A stretch of DNA of 63,964 nt, counting the filler, from Reclinomonas americana ATCC 50394 (taxonomy: Eukaryota): NCBI GenBank assembly GCA_048213135.1. It is 17 parts of 17 records of this genome, joined end to end, with 100 filler letters (N's around TTAATTAATTAA, not from the genome) between each part and the next. Parts side by side here need not be neighbours in the genome. Positions count along the whole stretch, not along the records: positions 10,483 to 12,848 come from AFZH01023908.1; positions 12,949 to 15,678 come from AFZH01023909.1; positions 15,779 to 17,286 come from AFZH01023911.1; positions 17,387 to 20,062 come from AFZH01023912.1; positions 20,163 to 22,698 come from AFZH01023913.1; 12 more parts are not named here. One strand, 5' to 3'. How positions within the stretch are numbered: the first letter of the stretch is position 1; every line of letters starts with the position of its first letter. This document shows, one piece after another, positions 11,913-22,798 of the stretch. The notes under the pieces were generated by a model, which saw nothing but the letters and a program-made list of their open reading frames with translations, did not search any database and was not told the DNA's origin. The position numbers and the translations under genes are program-made.

Positions 11913-12605
11913 TCAGGTGGGTTTGCTGAGCCCGCCGCTTGCGAAGGCGTCGACATGGTCGCGCGCGATCGTCTCGATGGCGTCGAAGACGGTGCGCAGA
12001 TGCGCCCGCATGGTGCGCTCGGCTTTGGCCTCGTCGCCGGCGCTGACGGCCTGGGCGATCTCGCGGTGCTCGCTCAGGATCATCTCCGACCAGCCGCCGG
12101 TGTCGAGCGAGAGGCAGCGGACCCGGTCGAGCTGGGCTTTGACGCTCTCGATCAGGTTCCAGACCGACGGGTGGCCCGAGAGCCGCGCCAGCTCGGCATG
12201 GAACTCCTCGTCGCCGCGGAAGAAGCCGGCCCGGTCGCCATCGGCGAGCGCTTGCTCCTGCTGCGCGATCAGGGTGGTGAGGGCGGACCGTCCGGCCTCG
12301 TCGATGTTCTTCGCCGCCAGCGCGACCGTGCGGCATTCCAGCGTCTCGCGTACGAACTGGCTGTCATAGACCGCGGCGAGGTCGATCGGCGCGACGAAGG
12401 TGCCGACCTGCGGCACGACGACGAGGAAGCCGTCCTCGACCAGCCGCTTGAACGATTCCCTGACCGGCGTGCGGCTGACGCCGAACTGCAGGGCCATGCG
12501 CGCTTCCGAGATCGCCTCGCCCGGACGCAGTACCGCGTTCAGCACGTCGCCGCGCAACGCCCGGTAGATCTGGTCGGTGCTCTGTCTCGCCGCGGCGACG
12601 CCCAT
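11913..12605 (-). CDS. GntR/FadR-family transcriptional regulator (wHTH + FCD)
   Basis: LRPGEAISEARMALQFGVSRTPVRESFKRL..PQVGTFV; DEEFH, EHREI, MRAHL; directly upstream of uxuA. Confidence 0.93.
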   Translation of the reverse strand: MGVAAARQSTDQIYRALRGDVLNAVLRPGEAISEARMALQFGVSRTPVRESFKRLVEDGFLVVVPQVGTFVAPIDLAAVYDSQFVRETLECRTVALAAKNIDEAGRSALTTLIAQQEQALADGDRAGFFRGDEEFHAELARLSGHPSVWNLIESVKAQLDRVRCLSLDTGGWSEMILSEHREIAQAVSAGDEAKAERTMRAHLRTVFDAIETIARDHVDAFASGGLSKPT

Positions 12606-12622
12606 TGCCAAGCTCTTGTTCA

Positions 12623-12634
12623 CTAGTATACTAG
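12623..12634. promoter_or_regulatory. Perfect palindrome CTAGTATACTAG, probable GntR/FadR operator
   Basis: 12-bp palindrome with GTATAC core, 18 bp upstream of the regulator ATG, in the divergent intergenic region. Confidence 0.7.
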
Positions 12635-12768
12635 GATACCGGCTCAAACGGAGGCGTCAACTCCGAAAGCCGCCAATTCAGTAAGCGCCGGTGCTAAAAG
12701 TGCCGCAAGAGCTCGCTTTTCACGGGCTGGGGAAACAGCAGGCGGTGCAACCGCCGGGAGGGGAGAAC

Positions 12769-12848
12769 ATGGCTCAAGACACCATCCATCGCCGTACATT
12801 CCTCGGCGGCGTCGCTGGCATGGCCGGTATCGCGGCCGCGCCCGGCGT
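12769..12848 (+). CDS. Tat-exported protein (probable ABC solute-binding protein), N-terminal fragment
   Basis: GGAG RBS; MAQDTIHRRTFLGGVAGMAGIAAAP twin-arginine signal. Confidence 0.7.
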
Positions 12849-12948
12849 NNNNNNNNNNNNNNNNNNNNNNNNNNNNNNNNNNNNNNNNNNNNTTAATTAA
12901 TTAANNNNNNNNNNNNNNNNNNNNNNNNNNNNNNNNNNNNNNNNNNNN

Positions 12949-13806
12949 CAGCGCCTCGCCGCGCGGGGACTCGACAGGCTGACCCTGCTCGTCCTGCCGG
13001 CGGTGTTCTTCCTGCTGGCGCTGTTCATCTACCCGTTCCTGTACGGGCTCTTCCTCTCCTTCACGCCGAAGGCTGGCGGCGCGCTGGCGAACTATCAGCG
13101 CTTCTTCTCGGATTCCTTCCTCTACGACACGATCGCGACCACGCTCTGGCTCGCTCTGCCGGTGACGATCGCGACGCTGCTGCTGGCGATCCCGATCGCC
13201 TTCCGCGTCAGGCTGATGAGGAACCAGCGTCTGCTCACCACCATCCTGGTGATCCCGATCACGCTCGGGACGGTGCTCGTCGCGGAAGGGCTGCTGAACT
13301 ATCTCGGCCCGCAGGGTTGGTTCAACCGGACGCTGATGACGCTCGGCATCATCTCCTCGCCGGTGAAATTGCTGCACAATTACTGGGGCGTGATGCTCTC
13401 GCTGGTCATCACCGGCTTCCCCTTCACCTTCCTTTTGACGCTGTCCTATCTCTCCGGCATCGACCCGGCGCTGGAGCAGGCCGGGGCGACGCTCGGCGCC
13501 GGGCCGTGGGAGCGCTTCAAGCACATTCTCTTCCCGCTGCTGCTGCCCGGCCTCGCCATCACCTTCTGCCTCAGCTTCGTCCAGGCCTTCTCGGTCTTCC
13601 CCTCGGCGGTGCTGCTCGGCGCTCCGGCGGGGCCGACGCGCGTCATCTCGATCGCCGCCTACCAGGCCGCGTTCGAGGAATACGACTACTCGATGGCTTC
13701 GGCCGTCGCGATGATCATGGGCATGGTCCAGCTCGCCATCGTCGTCGCGGTTCTGGGCCTGCGCGGGATGCTCTATCGCGGCCCGGCCGGCGGCGGGAAG
13801 GGCTGA
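12949..13806 (+). CDS. ABC transporter permease (PotB-like), 5' partial
   Basis: Multiple TM helices; EAA loop LEQAGATLGAGPWERFKHILFPL. Confidence 0.92.
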   Translation, partial: QRLAARGLDRLTLLVLPAVFFLLALFIYPFLYGLFLSFTPKAGGALANYQRFFSDSFLYDTIATTLWLALPVTIATLLLAIPIAFRVRLMRNQRLLTTILVIPITLGTVLVAEGLLNYLGPQGWFNRTLMTLGIISSPVKLLHNYWGVMLSLVITGFPFTFLLTLSYLSGIDPALEQAGATLGAGPWERFKHILFPLLLPGLAITFCLSFVQAFSVFPSAVLLGAPAGPTRVISIAAYQAAFEEYDYSMASAVAMIMGMVQLAIVVAVLGLRGMLYRGPAGGGKG

Positions 13807-13810
13807 TCCG

Positions 13811-14641
13811 ATGGTCAAGGACACCCGCCTTTCGACCAAGCTCTGGGCCGCGGCCAACTGGACGCTGATCGGCTTCTTCATCGTCAACCTGTTCGGCATG
13901 ATCGCCGCAGTGGTGACGAGCTCGTTCTCGACGCGCTGGCTGCGCTCCTGGCTGCCGGATGGCTGGACGACGCGCTGGTACGGCGCCGCCTGGAGTGAGT
14001 TCCAGCTCGGCGACGTGCTGACGGTCACCTTCCAGATCGTCTTCCTCGTCGTCTTCCTCTCGGGGCTGATCGGCGTGCCGGCCGCCTATGCGCTGGCGCG
14101 GCGCGATTTCCCCGGCAAGAAGCTGGTGATGCTGCTCTTCCTGTTGCCGCTGCTGGTACCGCCGATCACCTTCGGCATACCGCTCGCGACAGTGCTCTAC
14201 CGCACCGGGCTCGCCGGCTCGATGTCGGGCGTGGTGCTCGCCAATCTCGTGCCGACCGTGCCTTTCGTCATCCTGGTGATGATCCCCTTCATCGAGCAGA
14301 TCGACACCAAGATCGAGGCGGCGGCGCGCGTCTTCGGCGCCAACACCTTCAAGCTCTTCATCCATGTCCTGCTGCCGCTGCTGATGCCCGGCATCCTCGC
14401 CGCGCTGCTGCTGGTGCTGGTGCGCACGATCGCGATGTTCGAGCTGACCTTCCTCACGGCAGGCCCGACCAGCCAGACGCTGGTGGTCGCGCTCTACTAT
14501 GCGGTCTTCGCCGCCGGCGTGCGCGCCGTGCAGTCGATCGACGCTATGGCGGTGATCTACATGGTGACGACGCTGATCTGGCTGATCATCGCGCTGCGCT
14601 TCGTCAATCCGACGCAGATCGTGGCGCGGGCCAAGCGGTAA
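13811..14641 (+). CDS. ABC transporter permease (PotC-like)
   Basis: GWTTRWY, AAYALARRDFPGK; EAA loop IEAAARVFGANTFKLFIHVLLP. Confidence 0.92.
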   Translation: MVKDTRLSTKLWAAANWTLIGFFIVNLFGMIAAVVTSSFSTRWLRSWLPDGWTTRWYGAAWSEFQLGDVLTVTFQIVFLVVFLSGLIGVPAAYALARRDFPGKKLVMLLFLLPLLVPPITFGIPLATVLYRTGLAGSMSGVVLANLVPTVPFVILVMIPFIEQIDTKIEAAARVFGANTFKLFIHVLLPLLMPGILAALLLVLVRTIAMFELTFLTAGPTSQTLVVALYYAVFAAGVRAVQSIDAMAVIYMVTTLIWLIIALRFVNPTQIVARAKR

Positions 14642-14671
14642 GGTAATAGGCTCGCTCCGTTATCAATCCGG

Positions 14672-14772
14672 GTCGTCCCGGGTGGAGCGAAGCGAAGACC
14701 CGGGACCCATGCCGGAGCGGTTCAGGCATGGGTCACGGATCAGCGCCGCTCACGCGGCTCGTCCGGGACGAC
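14672..14772. repeat. Rhizobiales-type intergenic palindromic repeat (REP/RIME/MITE-like)
   Basis: 101 bp bounded by GTCGTCCCGG..CCGGGACGAC; internal hairpins CCCGGG-..-CCCGGG and GACCCATGCC..GGCATGGGTC. Confidence 0.75.
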
Positions 14773-14852
14773 TTGGTTTCTAAATCAGGGGACGGGAACC
14801 TCGTCCCGTCTTCCGCATTCTTCCGCTGCTCGTCGCATTGCGGAGAAGCGTC

Positions 14853-15678
14853 ATGGTCGCCAAGCCTCAGGACAAGGCCAAGTCATCCGGTCGCCTGCGC
14901 CGGGTCACCATCGACGATCTCACCATCCGCCGCGTCAGGGTCGGCCGCAATTTCGGCTATCGCGACGCTGAGGGCAGCAAGATCGGCGATGAGGAGACGC
15001 TCGCCCGCATCCGTTCGCTGGCGATCCCACCTGCCTATCAGGACGTCCGCATCGCCGCCGATCCGCGGGCCCATCTCCAGGCGGTTGGCCGCGACGAGGC
15101 CGGACGCATCCAGCATCGCTACCATCCCGATTGGGAGAAGGTGCGCGAGCGCCGCAAGCTCAAGCGCCTCGGCCGGCTGATCGATGCGCTGCCGAAGCTG
15201 CGCGAGCGCATCGCCTCCGACCTGAAGGACCGCACGCTCTCGCGCAGGAAAGCGCTAGCCTGCGCCGCCGCGGTCATCGACCGCTGCCATATCCGTGTCG
15301 GCAACGAGGTCTATGCCCGCACCAATGGCAGCCATGGCGCCTCGACCCTGCTCAAGCGCCATGTCGAGGTCAGCGGCAAGCACGTCGGGCTCGCCTTCCG
15401 CGGCAAGGGCGGCAAGGACATAGTCTGCGGCCGAGACGACGCCCCGCTCGCCCGCGCCCTGACGCGTTTGAAGACCCTGCCCGGAAAGCGCCTGTTCCAG
15501 TACCGTGCCGAGGACGGCCCGGTCGCCGCGATCAACGCCGCCGACATCAATCGCTACCTGAAGGAGGCGGCGGGCCTGCCGATCTCCAGCAAGGACCTGC
15601 GCATGCTCGCGGCCAATGCCGCGGCGGCCGAACTGCTGCTCTCAACCGACATCGCCGCCAGCGAGCGCGGCCGCAAGC
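14853..15678 (+). CDS. Bacterial DNA topoisomerase IB, 3' partial
   Basis: LARIRSLAIPPAYQDVRI, HLQAVGRDEAGRIQHRYHPDW, IRVGNEVY, FRGKGG, SKDLR. Confidence 0.93.
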
Positions 15679-15778
15679 NNNNNNNNNNNNNNNNNNNNNN
15701 NNNNNNNNNNNNNNNNNNNNNNTTAATTAATTAANNNNNNNNNNNNNNNNNNNNNNNNNNNNNNNNNNNNNNNNNNNN

Positions 15779-16050
15779 GTCGGCCGTGGCGTCGCATTGT
15801 CGCCGCTGACCCAGGCGCCGCCGCGCCCACGCCCCGAAACGATCTTCTGCCGCTTCAACTCGCTCCAGGCTTCCGAGACCGTGCCGGGGCTGACGCCGAG
15901 CCGGTAGGCGAGGTCGCGGACGGTCGGCAGCTTCGTCCCGACCGGCAGCAGGCCGGAGCGGATCATCTGGCTCAGGTCGAGCGCGAGGCCGCGCGCGGTG
16001 CGCTGAGTCAGGCGGCTGGCCAGCCAGGAGGCGTCGGGTTCGTCGTTCAT
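15779..16050 (-). CDS. GntR wHTH regulator, probably MocR type (PLP domain beyond the gap), partial
   Basis: IRSGLLPVGTKLPTVRDLAYRLGVSPGTVSEAWSELKRQKIVSGRGRGGAWV. Confidence 0.85.
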
Positions 16051-16063
16051 CGACTCGAAAATG

Positions 16064-16108
16064 AATGTTCAGGAACGTAATAGCAATTGATCAGATAGAT
16101 TGAACATT
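16064..16108. promoter_or_regulatory. Spaced inverted repeat AATGTTCA-N29-TGAACATT, candidate regulator site
   Basis: Exact 8-bp inverted repeat in the AT-rich divergent promoter region. Confidence 0.55.
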
Positions 16109-16153
16109 TATCGTGCCTCCCGTCCAAGGTTTTCCGCATAACGAGGCTGTCGT

Positions 16154-17128
16154 TTGAAACCTGTGATCCGGCTGGCCCTGCGCGACTGGGACTTCATCAC
16201 GCCGCTGCTGCTCGGCGATCTCGTGTCCGACCGTTTCGAGTTGAAGATCGAGCGCCTCGCTGCGCTGCCCGAGGACTTCGCCAGCGATCCGCGCTTCGAC
16301 GCCAGCGAGATCTCGTTCAGCCGCTACACCACCGGCCGCGCCCGCGGCGAGACCGGCGTCGTCGGCATCCCGAACTTTATCATGCGCGGCTTCCGCCATC
16401 GCTGTGTCGTCGCCGCTGCCGACAGCAAGCTGACCCGCTTCGACGAACTGCGTGGCAAGCGCATCGGCATCGCCGGTTGGCAGGATTCAGGCAACACCTG
16501 GACCCGCGCCGCCATGGCCGAGAGCGGCCTTGCCATCGACGATGCCTTCTGGGCCGTCAGCCGTCTTGCCGCCGACCATCCGATCACCGACCGCGTCGGG
16601 CGTTATGCCCGTCCCGGCCGGATCGAGGCGCTGCCCGGCCAGCCGCCCTTGCTCGATCTGCTCGCTGCCGGCGAGATCGACGCGGTGCTGATGCCGTTCA
16701 TGCCGAAGGGCTTCTTCTCCAAGGGCTCGCGCTTCCGGGCGCTGCTGCCGGATGTCCGCGGCGCCGAGCGCCACTATTTCGGCAAGGTCGGATACGTGCC
16801 GGGCATGCACATCATCGGCCTCAAGCCCGAGCTCGCCGCCCGCGAGCCCTGGCTGGCCCAGGCGCTGAGCGACCTTCTCGACGAGAGCCAGCGCATCTGG
16901 CTGGAGAAGCGCCGCCGCTATGCCGACACCACGCCCTGGCTGATCGACGAGCTGGTGCGCAGCGGGCATGATCTGCCCGAGAGCTGGAACGAGAGCGGGC
17001 TTGCCGCGAACCGGACGATGATCACAGCGTTCATCGAGCAGCTGCGGATTCAACAGCTCGCCGACACCGATTTGACGCCGGAGACCCTGTTCCCGGCCGC
17101 CTCCGCGCTGGAAGGAGCCAATCGATGA
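16154..17128 (+). CDS. 4,5-dihydroxyphthalate decarboxylase-like / type-2 periplasmic-binding-fold protein
   Basis: FDASEISFSRY, IPNFIMRGFRHR, LRGKRIGIAGWQDSGNTW, LLAAGEIDA, GYVPGMH; no signal peptide. Confidence 0.75.
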   Translation: MKPVIRLALRDWDFITPLLLGDLVSDRFELKIERLAALPEDFASDPRFDASEISFSRYTTGRARGETGVVGIPNFIMRGFRHRCVVAAADSKLTRFDELRGKRIGIAGWQDSGNTWTRAAMAESGLAIDDAFWAVSRLAADHPITDRVGRYARPGRIEALPGQPPLLDLLAAGEIDAVLMPFMPKGFFSKGSRFRALLPDVRGAERHYFGKVGYVPGMHIIGLKPELAAREPWLAQALSDLLDESQRIWLEKRRRYADTTPWLIDELVRSGHDLPESWNESGLAANRTMITAFIEQLRIQQLADTDLTPETLFPAASALEGANR

Positions 17129-17286
17129 AAGCCGCGCTCGGACAATTCGCCGTCAGCCGCGAATGGCAGGAGAACCTTGCCACCTCCGTCCGCCTGATGG
17201 GCGAGGCCAAGGCCGCCGGCGCCGATCTGCTGCTGTTGCCTGAAGGCATCCTGGCCCGCGACATCACCGATCCCGACATCGTGCTC
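17125..17286 (+). CDS. Nitrilase-family deaminated glutathione amidase (YbeM-like), partial
   Basis: MKAALGQFAVSREWQEN..GADLLLLPEG; ATGA overlap with the previous gene. Confidence 0.8.
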
Positions 17287-17386
17287 NNNNNNNNNNNNNN
17301 NNNNNNNNNNNNNNNNNNNNNNNNNNNNNNTTAATTAATTAANNNNNNNNNNNNNNNNNNNNNNNNNNNNNNNNNNNNNNNNNNNN

Positions 17387-20062
17387 CTGAAGTTAGTGTT
17401 CGCCTGAGTCATTTCGACGATAATGTTCAACCCAACAGTGCACCGTTTTTCTTTGTCGATCTCCCGCAGTCTGCAACTCCCTCCACGACTGTAGTGCACG
17501 CTGATGGCGGTACGCTTCTCATGTTTGACGTTGCTGGCAGCAATCCATTGCCCCTCATGTTTACCAGTGCGCTTCGGCTCCGCTTGCGCAACACCGAGTT
17601 ATCTCCGTTATACCTTGCTCCTGACAAGTTTACTGTGGTTACTCCATGGATTGATGTGGGTTCGCATGACGTGTACCTCTCGCTGAACGAACAGCAGTAC
17701 AAGGACATGGCGGTGCTGTCTGTCCGTCAGCGCCCCGTGGTGACGTCAATATCTCCGACACTTGGTCCTACAACAGGCGGTACTCCGATCATCGTGGAAG
17801 GCGTCAATATTCCAACTTCGCTACCTGTCAATTGTCGATTTGGCGCTGTTAGCGTGCGTGCGACTGTCTTCAGTACGTCTCGAGTGTTGTGCCACTCGCC
17901 TCCACATGCAGAAGGCGTCGTGACTCTCGAGCTTTCAGAGAACGGGATCGCCTACTCCAATAATCGCACGGCTTTCATGTATATACCGTGTCCGCCAGGT
18001 CATACGTGTACCGATGGACTTGTGCAGCCTTGCGGTGTCGGCTCCTACGGAGCAAATGTTGACGCGCCACTTCTGTCTGCCAACTACGGTCAGCGAAATT
18101 GTACTCTGTGTCCACCTGGGTCTTACCAGGACTTCCGTGGACAGACCTCGTGCACTCCATGTACCATCGGTCATGTGTGCCCTTACTACGGTATGACCAC
18201 GCCGGTTCCTTGCCCGGCTGGCAGCGTTTGTCGATATATTGGTCTCGCGGCCTCCGTGGAACCGTGTCCGTCAGGCAACTTTTGCCTCAGCGGCACCATC
18301 ACTGTTAACCCGTCGACGACGAATACTCTGTTGCGACCGCAACCGTGCAGTGCCGGAGTTTTCTGTGTGCCCGGTGTGCGACAGAATGCCACTGTGGCTC
18401 ACGATTTCAGTACGCCGCAGATTTGCTTCTCTGGGTACAACTGCAAGGTGGGATCTGCGACTCCGTTTGGCAAGGAAGCTTGCACACCCGGCTACTACTG
18501 CCCTGCGCAGGCGGCAGGAACATTTAAACTTCCTTGTCCGCCTGGCTACCGCTGTGCTGATCTTGGTATGACCACGCCGACGCCCTGTGCACCCGGAACG
18601 TATCAGGACTTGTACGCTAAAACTTTCTGTAATCGTTGCCCGTACGGCTTCGTGTGCTCCGGTTTTGGGTCTCCCAAGCCACTCCCCTGTCCAGCAGGCT
18701 ACGTTTGCTCCGCTACTGGTATTCGTATTGCTCTTACTCGCTGTCCAGCCGGGTATTACTGTCCGCGAGGCACCACTACGACAGATCCAGATGACACGAG
18801 TGCGCGTATCAGGCCCTTGCCTTGTCCGGGCAGCACGTATTGCCTCGATGGAACTGGAAGTCCGTTTGTGATTGACAATAATTTCCAGTACGCGCAACCA
18901 TGTACTGCCGGAAGTTACTGTTTGGCAGGAAGCAACTCGACATTTGGCTCCGGGGCTTGCCCTGTTGGGTACTACTGTCCGCCAAAAACGCAGTTCCCGG
19001 TTCCTGCGCCCCGCGGCCACTATGTGCGTGTTACTGGTGCAACCAGTCCCAGACCTTGTGCTGCTGGCTCGTACAGCGATTCTATTGGCGCGACGGCGTG
19101 CCGTCCATGTCCGTCTGGGCGATCTTGCGAAGGTGACGGTGTGGCCGACCCCGCATTGTGCACGCCGGGTACTTACCGCTCCATCAACGACACGTCGATT
19201 TCATGCATTCCCTGCCCGCAAGGCACGTATTCCGACGTTGCTGGACTCGTGTTTGTCACGCAGTGCAAGATCTGTCCCGAAGGGCGAGTTTGCGGTCGAG
19301 AAGGCATTCCCAGTGTGGCTGCGACTGCCTCATGCCCAGAGGGTTTCGTATGCAGCACTGGGACCACGCGAGCAACTCAGTTTGATGTCAAATGCCCTGC
19401 TGGATACATCTGTCCAAATGGGACCTCGCCGACGACTCGTTTCAACACACTGTGTCGTGCCGGCTTCTACTGCCCACTCGGTTCGTCGCCCACATCGGCG
19501 ACAAAGTTCATCTGTGAGCGCAACTTTTACTGCCCGCCAGGTACCAAGGAGCGCTATCCGGCTTCGACGGCGTGCCCGACTGGAACAACGTCAGAGCCAC
19601 AGAGTACTGGTATCAGTGATTGCAAGATTGACTACGACTACATCGCGAAGACGTGTGGCTACATGATGTCAGTGGACCCCACCAACCCTGCCAATGTAAC
19701 CAGCGACATTGTGACTGAGAAGACCGGCAGCGGTAATTTGACGGTGTACACACTGCCCGCATTCTACACCGCGATCTTGACCTTCGACTTTGAACACATC
19801 AAGGACGTGGAAAGCAGTCTGCAGTATGTCTATGAGCGCGGATCGCGGGACTTTGTCGGTCAGTATCGTGTATCTGTGCAGGTTGGCGAGACGCTGGAAG
19901 AGACCCTGCCCTCGTACGGCACTTCCGGTTCCGACACTTCATATATCTGCCGCAATCCAGTCAAGGTCCCATCGTCTAAATGGTTGAATTCACCGGATGT
20001 TGTGAAAGAGACGACATTTTCCATGCGGGTCACGGCGTTGAAGTTTCGTACATTCCTGTTTT
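17387..20062 (+). CDS. IPT/TIG + GCC2/GCC3 Cys-rich repeat membrane protein, paralog A (ectodomain, partial)
   Basis: PVVTSISPTLGPTTGGTPIIVEG..CRFG IPT domain followed by many CPxGxYC repeats. Confidence 0.9.
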
Positions 20063-20207
20063 NNNNNNNNNNNNNNNNNNNNNNNNNNNNNNNNNNNNNN
20101 NNNNNNTTAATTAATTAANNNNNNNNNNNNNNNNNNNNNNNNNNNNNNNNNNNNNNNNNNNNTGAGCTAATTAGTTTGGACTTCACTGATAGTCTGTTCT
20201 TCGCACA

Positions 20208-21976
20208 GGTTCTCCAAACTTTGTGGCCTTCGTCATCAGCTTCTTCTTCGAGAGCTTGCTGTCGATTCTTCTTCGCGTATTCTTCGAGCCGTATATGGAG
20301 AAGGTGGAGAATTCAGTGCCGTACTGGTGGCGACTCATCAAAAACTGGGTACTGCTTCATGTTTTGCGAGCGAATCCAGCGCTGCTGCCTGATCCGGACG
20401 AAGTGCGACCTCGGGAAAGGCTGAATGCAATTAACGGCATTGTTGGCAGCGTGCAGGGCATGTCAGTTGAGAACGCGTCGTACGCATTTGGACCGTTTTT
20501 GGCCGTATGGATCTTCATTTTCCGTCGCGAAACGAATATCAGCACCAACTACGGCATTCGAGACCAGGATTTCATCTACTACATCGCGTTCTCTCTGATT
20601 GGCGTGGTGGGACTGGTGTTTATCAACATGTTCATCAACAATGTCATGGAACTGTTTCACGGCTACAAGTTGTTGGACTACGTGACATTCTGCCATGATC
20701 AGTATCGCAGGAGACGTGTGCGGTGGAAGGTGAGTTTGATTCCACATCTAATTTGCACAAATTGTGTCCTTCCCTTCTTGTGCGGCTCCTTTCTCATGTA
20801 TTTGTTGTTTGTGTAGGGGTATGACGGCCAACTGGATCCGGTGGTGGAGGACGAACTGCAAATGGCGGATCAGATGTGTTGGACGTCGCAGTACCATTTC
20901 ATGATTACGCTGATGTCGGCGGGCGTCATCTTTGTCACGTTTTCCGTGCAGATGATTTATCAGCACAACTACAATCCGTTTGCTGACGTTGCCTGCGTTC
21001 CGCTGGTGCTCCTCACCATCGCCGCGTGCTGGGTTAGCAAGCTGATTTGTGTCCTTCTTGGTGACTTGCTGCGCATCTGGGTACCTCAGCATCACTCTGA
21101 TGAGGTGGCCGCTGCTTTGTTCGGTGCGCCGCCAGTTGCAGAGGAGCGTCGGCGTCGGCAGGTACGTGTGCTTAATAGATCGCGAGATTCGGTGCTCTAC
21201 TCGTGCGTGACGCAGCTTCCATTCTGCAGGAGTTGTACGATGAACTTTTCGCTGGAAAGGAGGCCGCGATTCTGGAAGGGGCACGGCATTCGCGCGTTCA
21301 GCGCGTCACGAAAGATGCAGTTGTGCCCTACACTCCAAGAATTCGCAGTGCTGGGTTCAGGCAGAAATTCCTGGCTGCAAACGAAGACTGGCTGCGGCAA
21401 AAGGCGCACGACTCCAGTGGTGAGGCGCTTTTCATTTTTTGCGTGCATAGATGGTCGAGCGAGTGACACCCAATTGTTTGTCGAGTGTAGGCTTTGCGGA
21501 TGCTGCCGTCGTTGCCGACGCGCTGCGGAGTGACAAGCTGGATGATCAGGAACGCGCGGCTGCTGTTGCTGCTGCGCGGAGACTCGCTGCTGCACTTGCA
21601 AGCTCTCCTTTCTTCACTGCCGATGTTCGGTACAACACACCAGTGCGGTTCCCGACCGTCGCGAATCTGCGAAGCATGGTGCGTGGACTACCCATATTTG
21701 TGTGCCTGCTTGTGACTTTTCGCCTCACTACTGTTACAGGTTGCTCGAGAGCCGGAAATGCCGCGACCGGGCGTTCCAGGAAGACCGCGAAACCACATCG
21801 AATCTGCAGCGACCGACGGAGCGAGTATATCCGGCACGGATACGTCTGCAACAGATGACGACGACGACGACGATGCATCACAGGTCCCAATGCAAGTGTC
21901 AGATGCGACTCGCCGAGTAGCGCATGTGTGGCTTGCGCGTGCTCGCCGCTCGCTCGAGAAAACTGCACAGTTGTAA
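20208..21976 (+). CDS. Multi-pass membrane C-terminal part, probably of paralog A (spliced)
   Basis: TM-rich exons YGIRDQDFIYY..ELFHGYKLLDY..RWK|GYDGQLDPVVEDELQMADQMCWTSQY; short GT..AG introns (e.g. 20730-20817); stop at 21976. Confidence 0.75.
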
Positions 21977-21997
21977 ATCAGCAGCCACGATTGTTGT

Positions 21998-22698
21998 TTA
22001 CTCCCATTGTCGTTCAAGCATGGCTCTTGCCATTTCCAACCAGAAGAGAGACAACTGCATGGTGGCCTCGCTAACCACCGGAGCCGGCGGCGCATGGTCA
22101 CGACCATTATCCGTGCTCGAACCATCTGATTCGTCGTCAGAGAAATCGAGACCAAGACGCTCCGCGACGGCATTTTCCTGCGCGGCGAGACCGGACACGC
22201 GTGAATAAATCACTGCAGATGAAAATAAACGACGGATGTTCAAGAAACTAACCAGCATGCGCAAACGACGGACAACGTCAGCCAGAATACTCGTCGGCAC
22301 GACCGGTGGTACCACGTCGAGAGGGCGCACTGACGGGAATGGCATCGCCGCGAATTCATCAAAGCGTTGCAGGTGCCAGTCATTGTCGCCATCGTCTGTC
22401 GACGCAGCCGCAACATCAGGTGGCAACTTCGCCACGAGACCTTGTCGATACGCTGATCGCGCAAGCTGCTCCGCCAACCACTCACTGGCTCCCACAGACG
22501 AATCAGCACACAAGAAAAGGCATGCGCACATTACCACAAACGAACGCACCGATTCCGTTGAACAAAATCAATGCGCACTGTATCCAAACCAATCCTAGGC
22601 GACAGACCCGACACATCTGGGAGGGCACGAACAGAAGATCGGAACGTGGTCGGCAACGGTGATGCGACTGGGCTCTCGTCGCCAGAAATCTGCGAAAA
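21998..22698 (-). CDS. C-terminal exons of paralog B
   Basis: Ends VSEATMQLSLFWLEMARAMLERQWE*, matching paralog A VSDATRRVAHVWLARARRSLEK. Confidence 0.65.
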
Positions 22699-22798
22699 NN
22701 NNNNNNNNNNNNNNNNNNNNNNNNNNNNNNNNNNNNNNNNNNTTAATTAATTAANNNNNNNNNNNNNNNNNNNNNNNNNNNNNNNNNNNNNNNNNNNN

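Noticed and set aside
14853..15678. Topoisomerase IB as viral or eukaryotic transfer
   Set aside because: Poxvirus-like TopIB is a known sporadic bacterial family, and the context here is bacterial.
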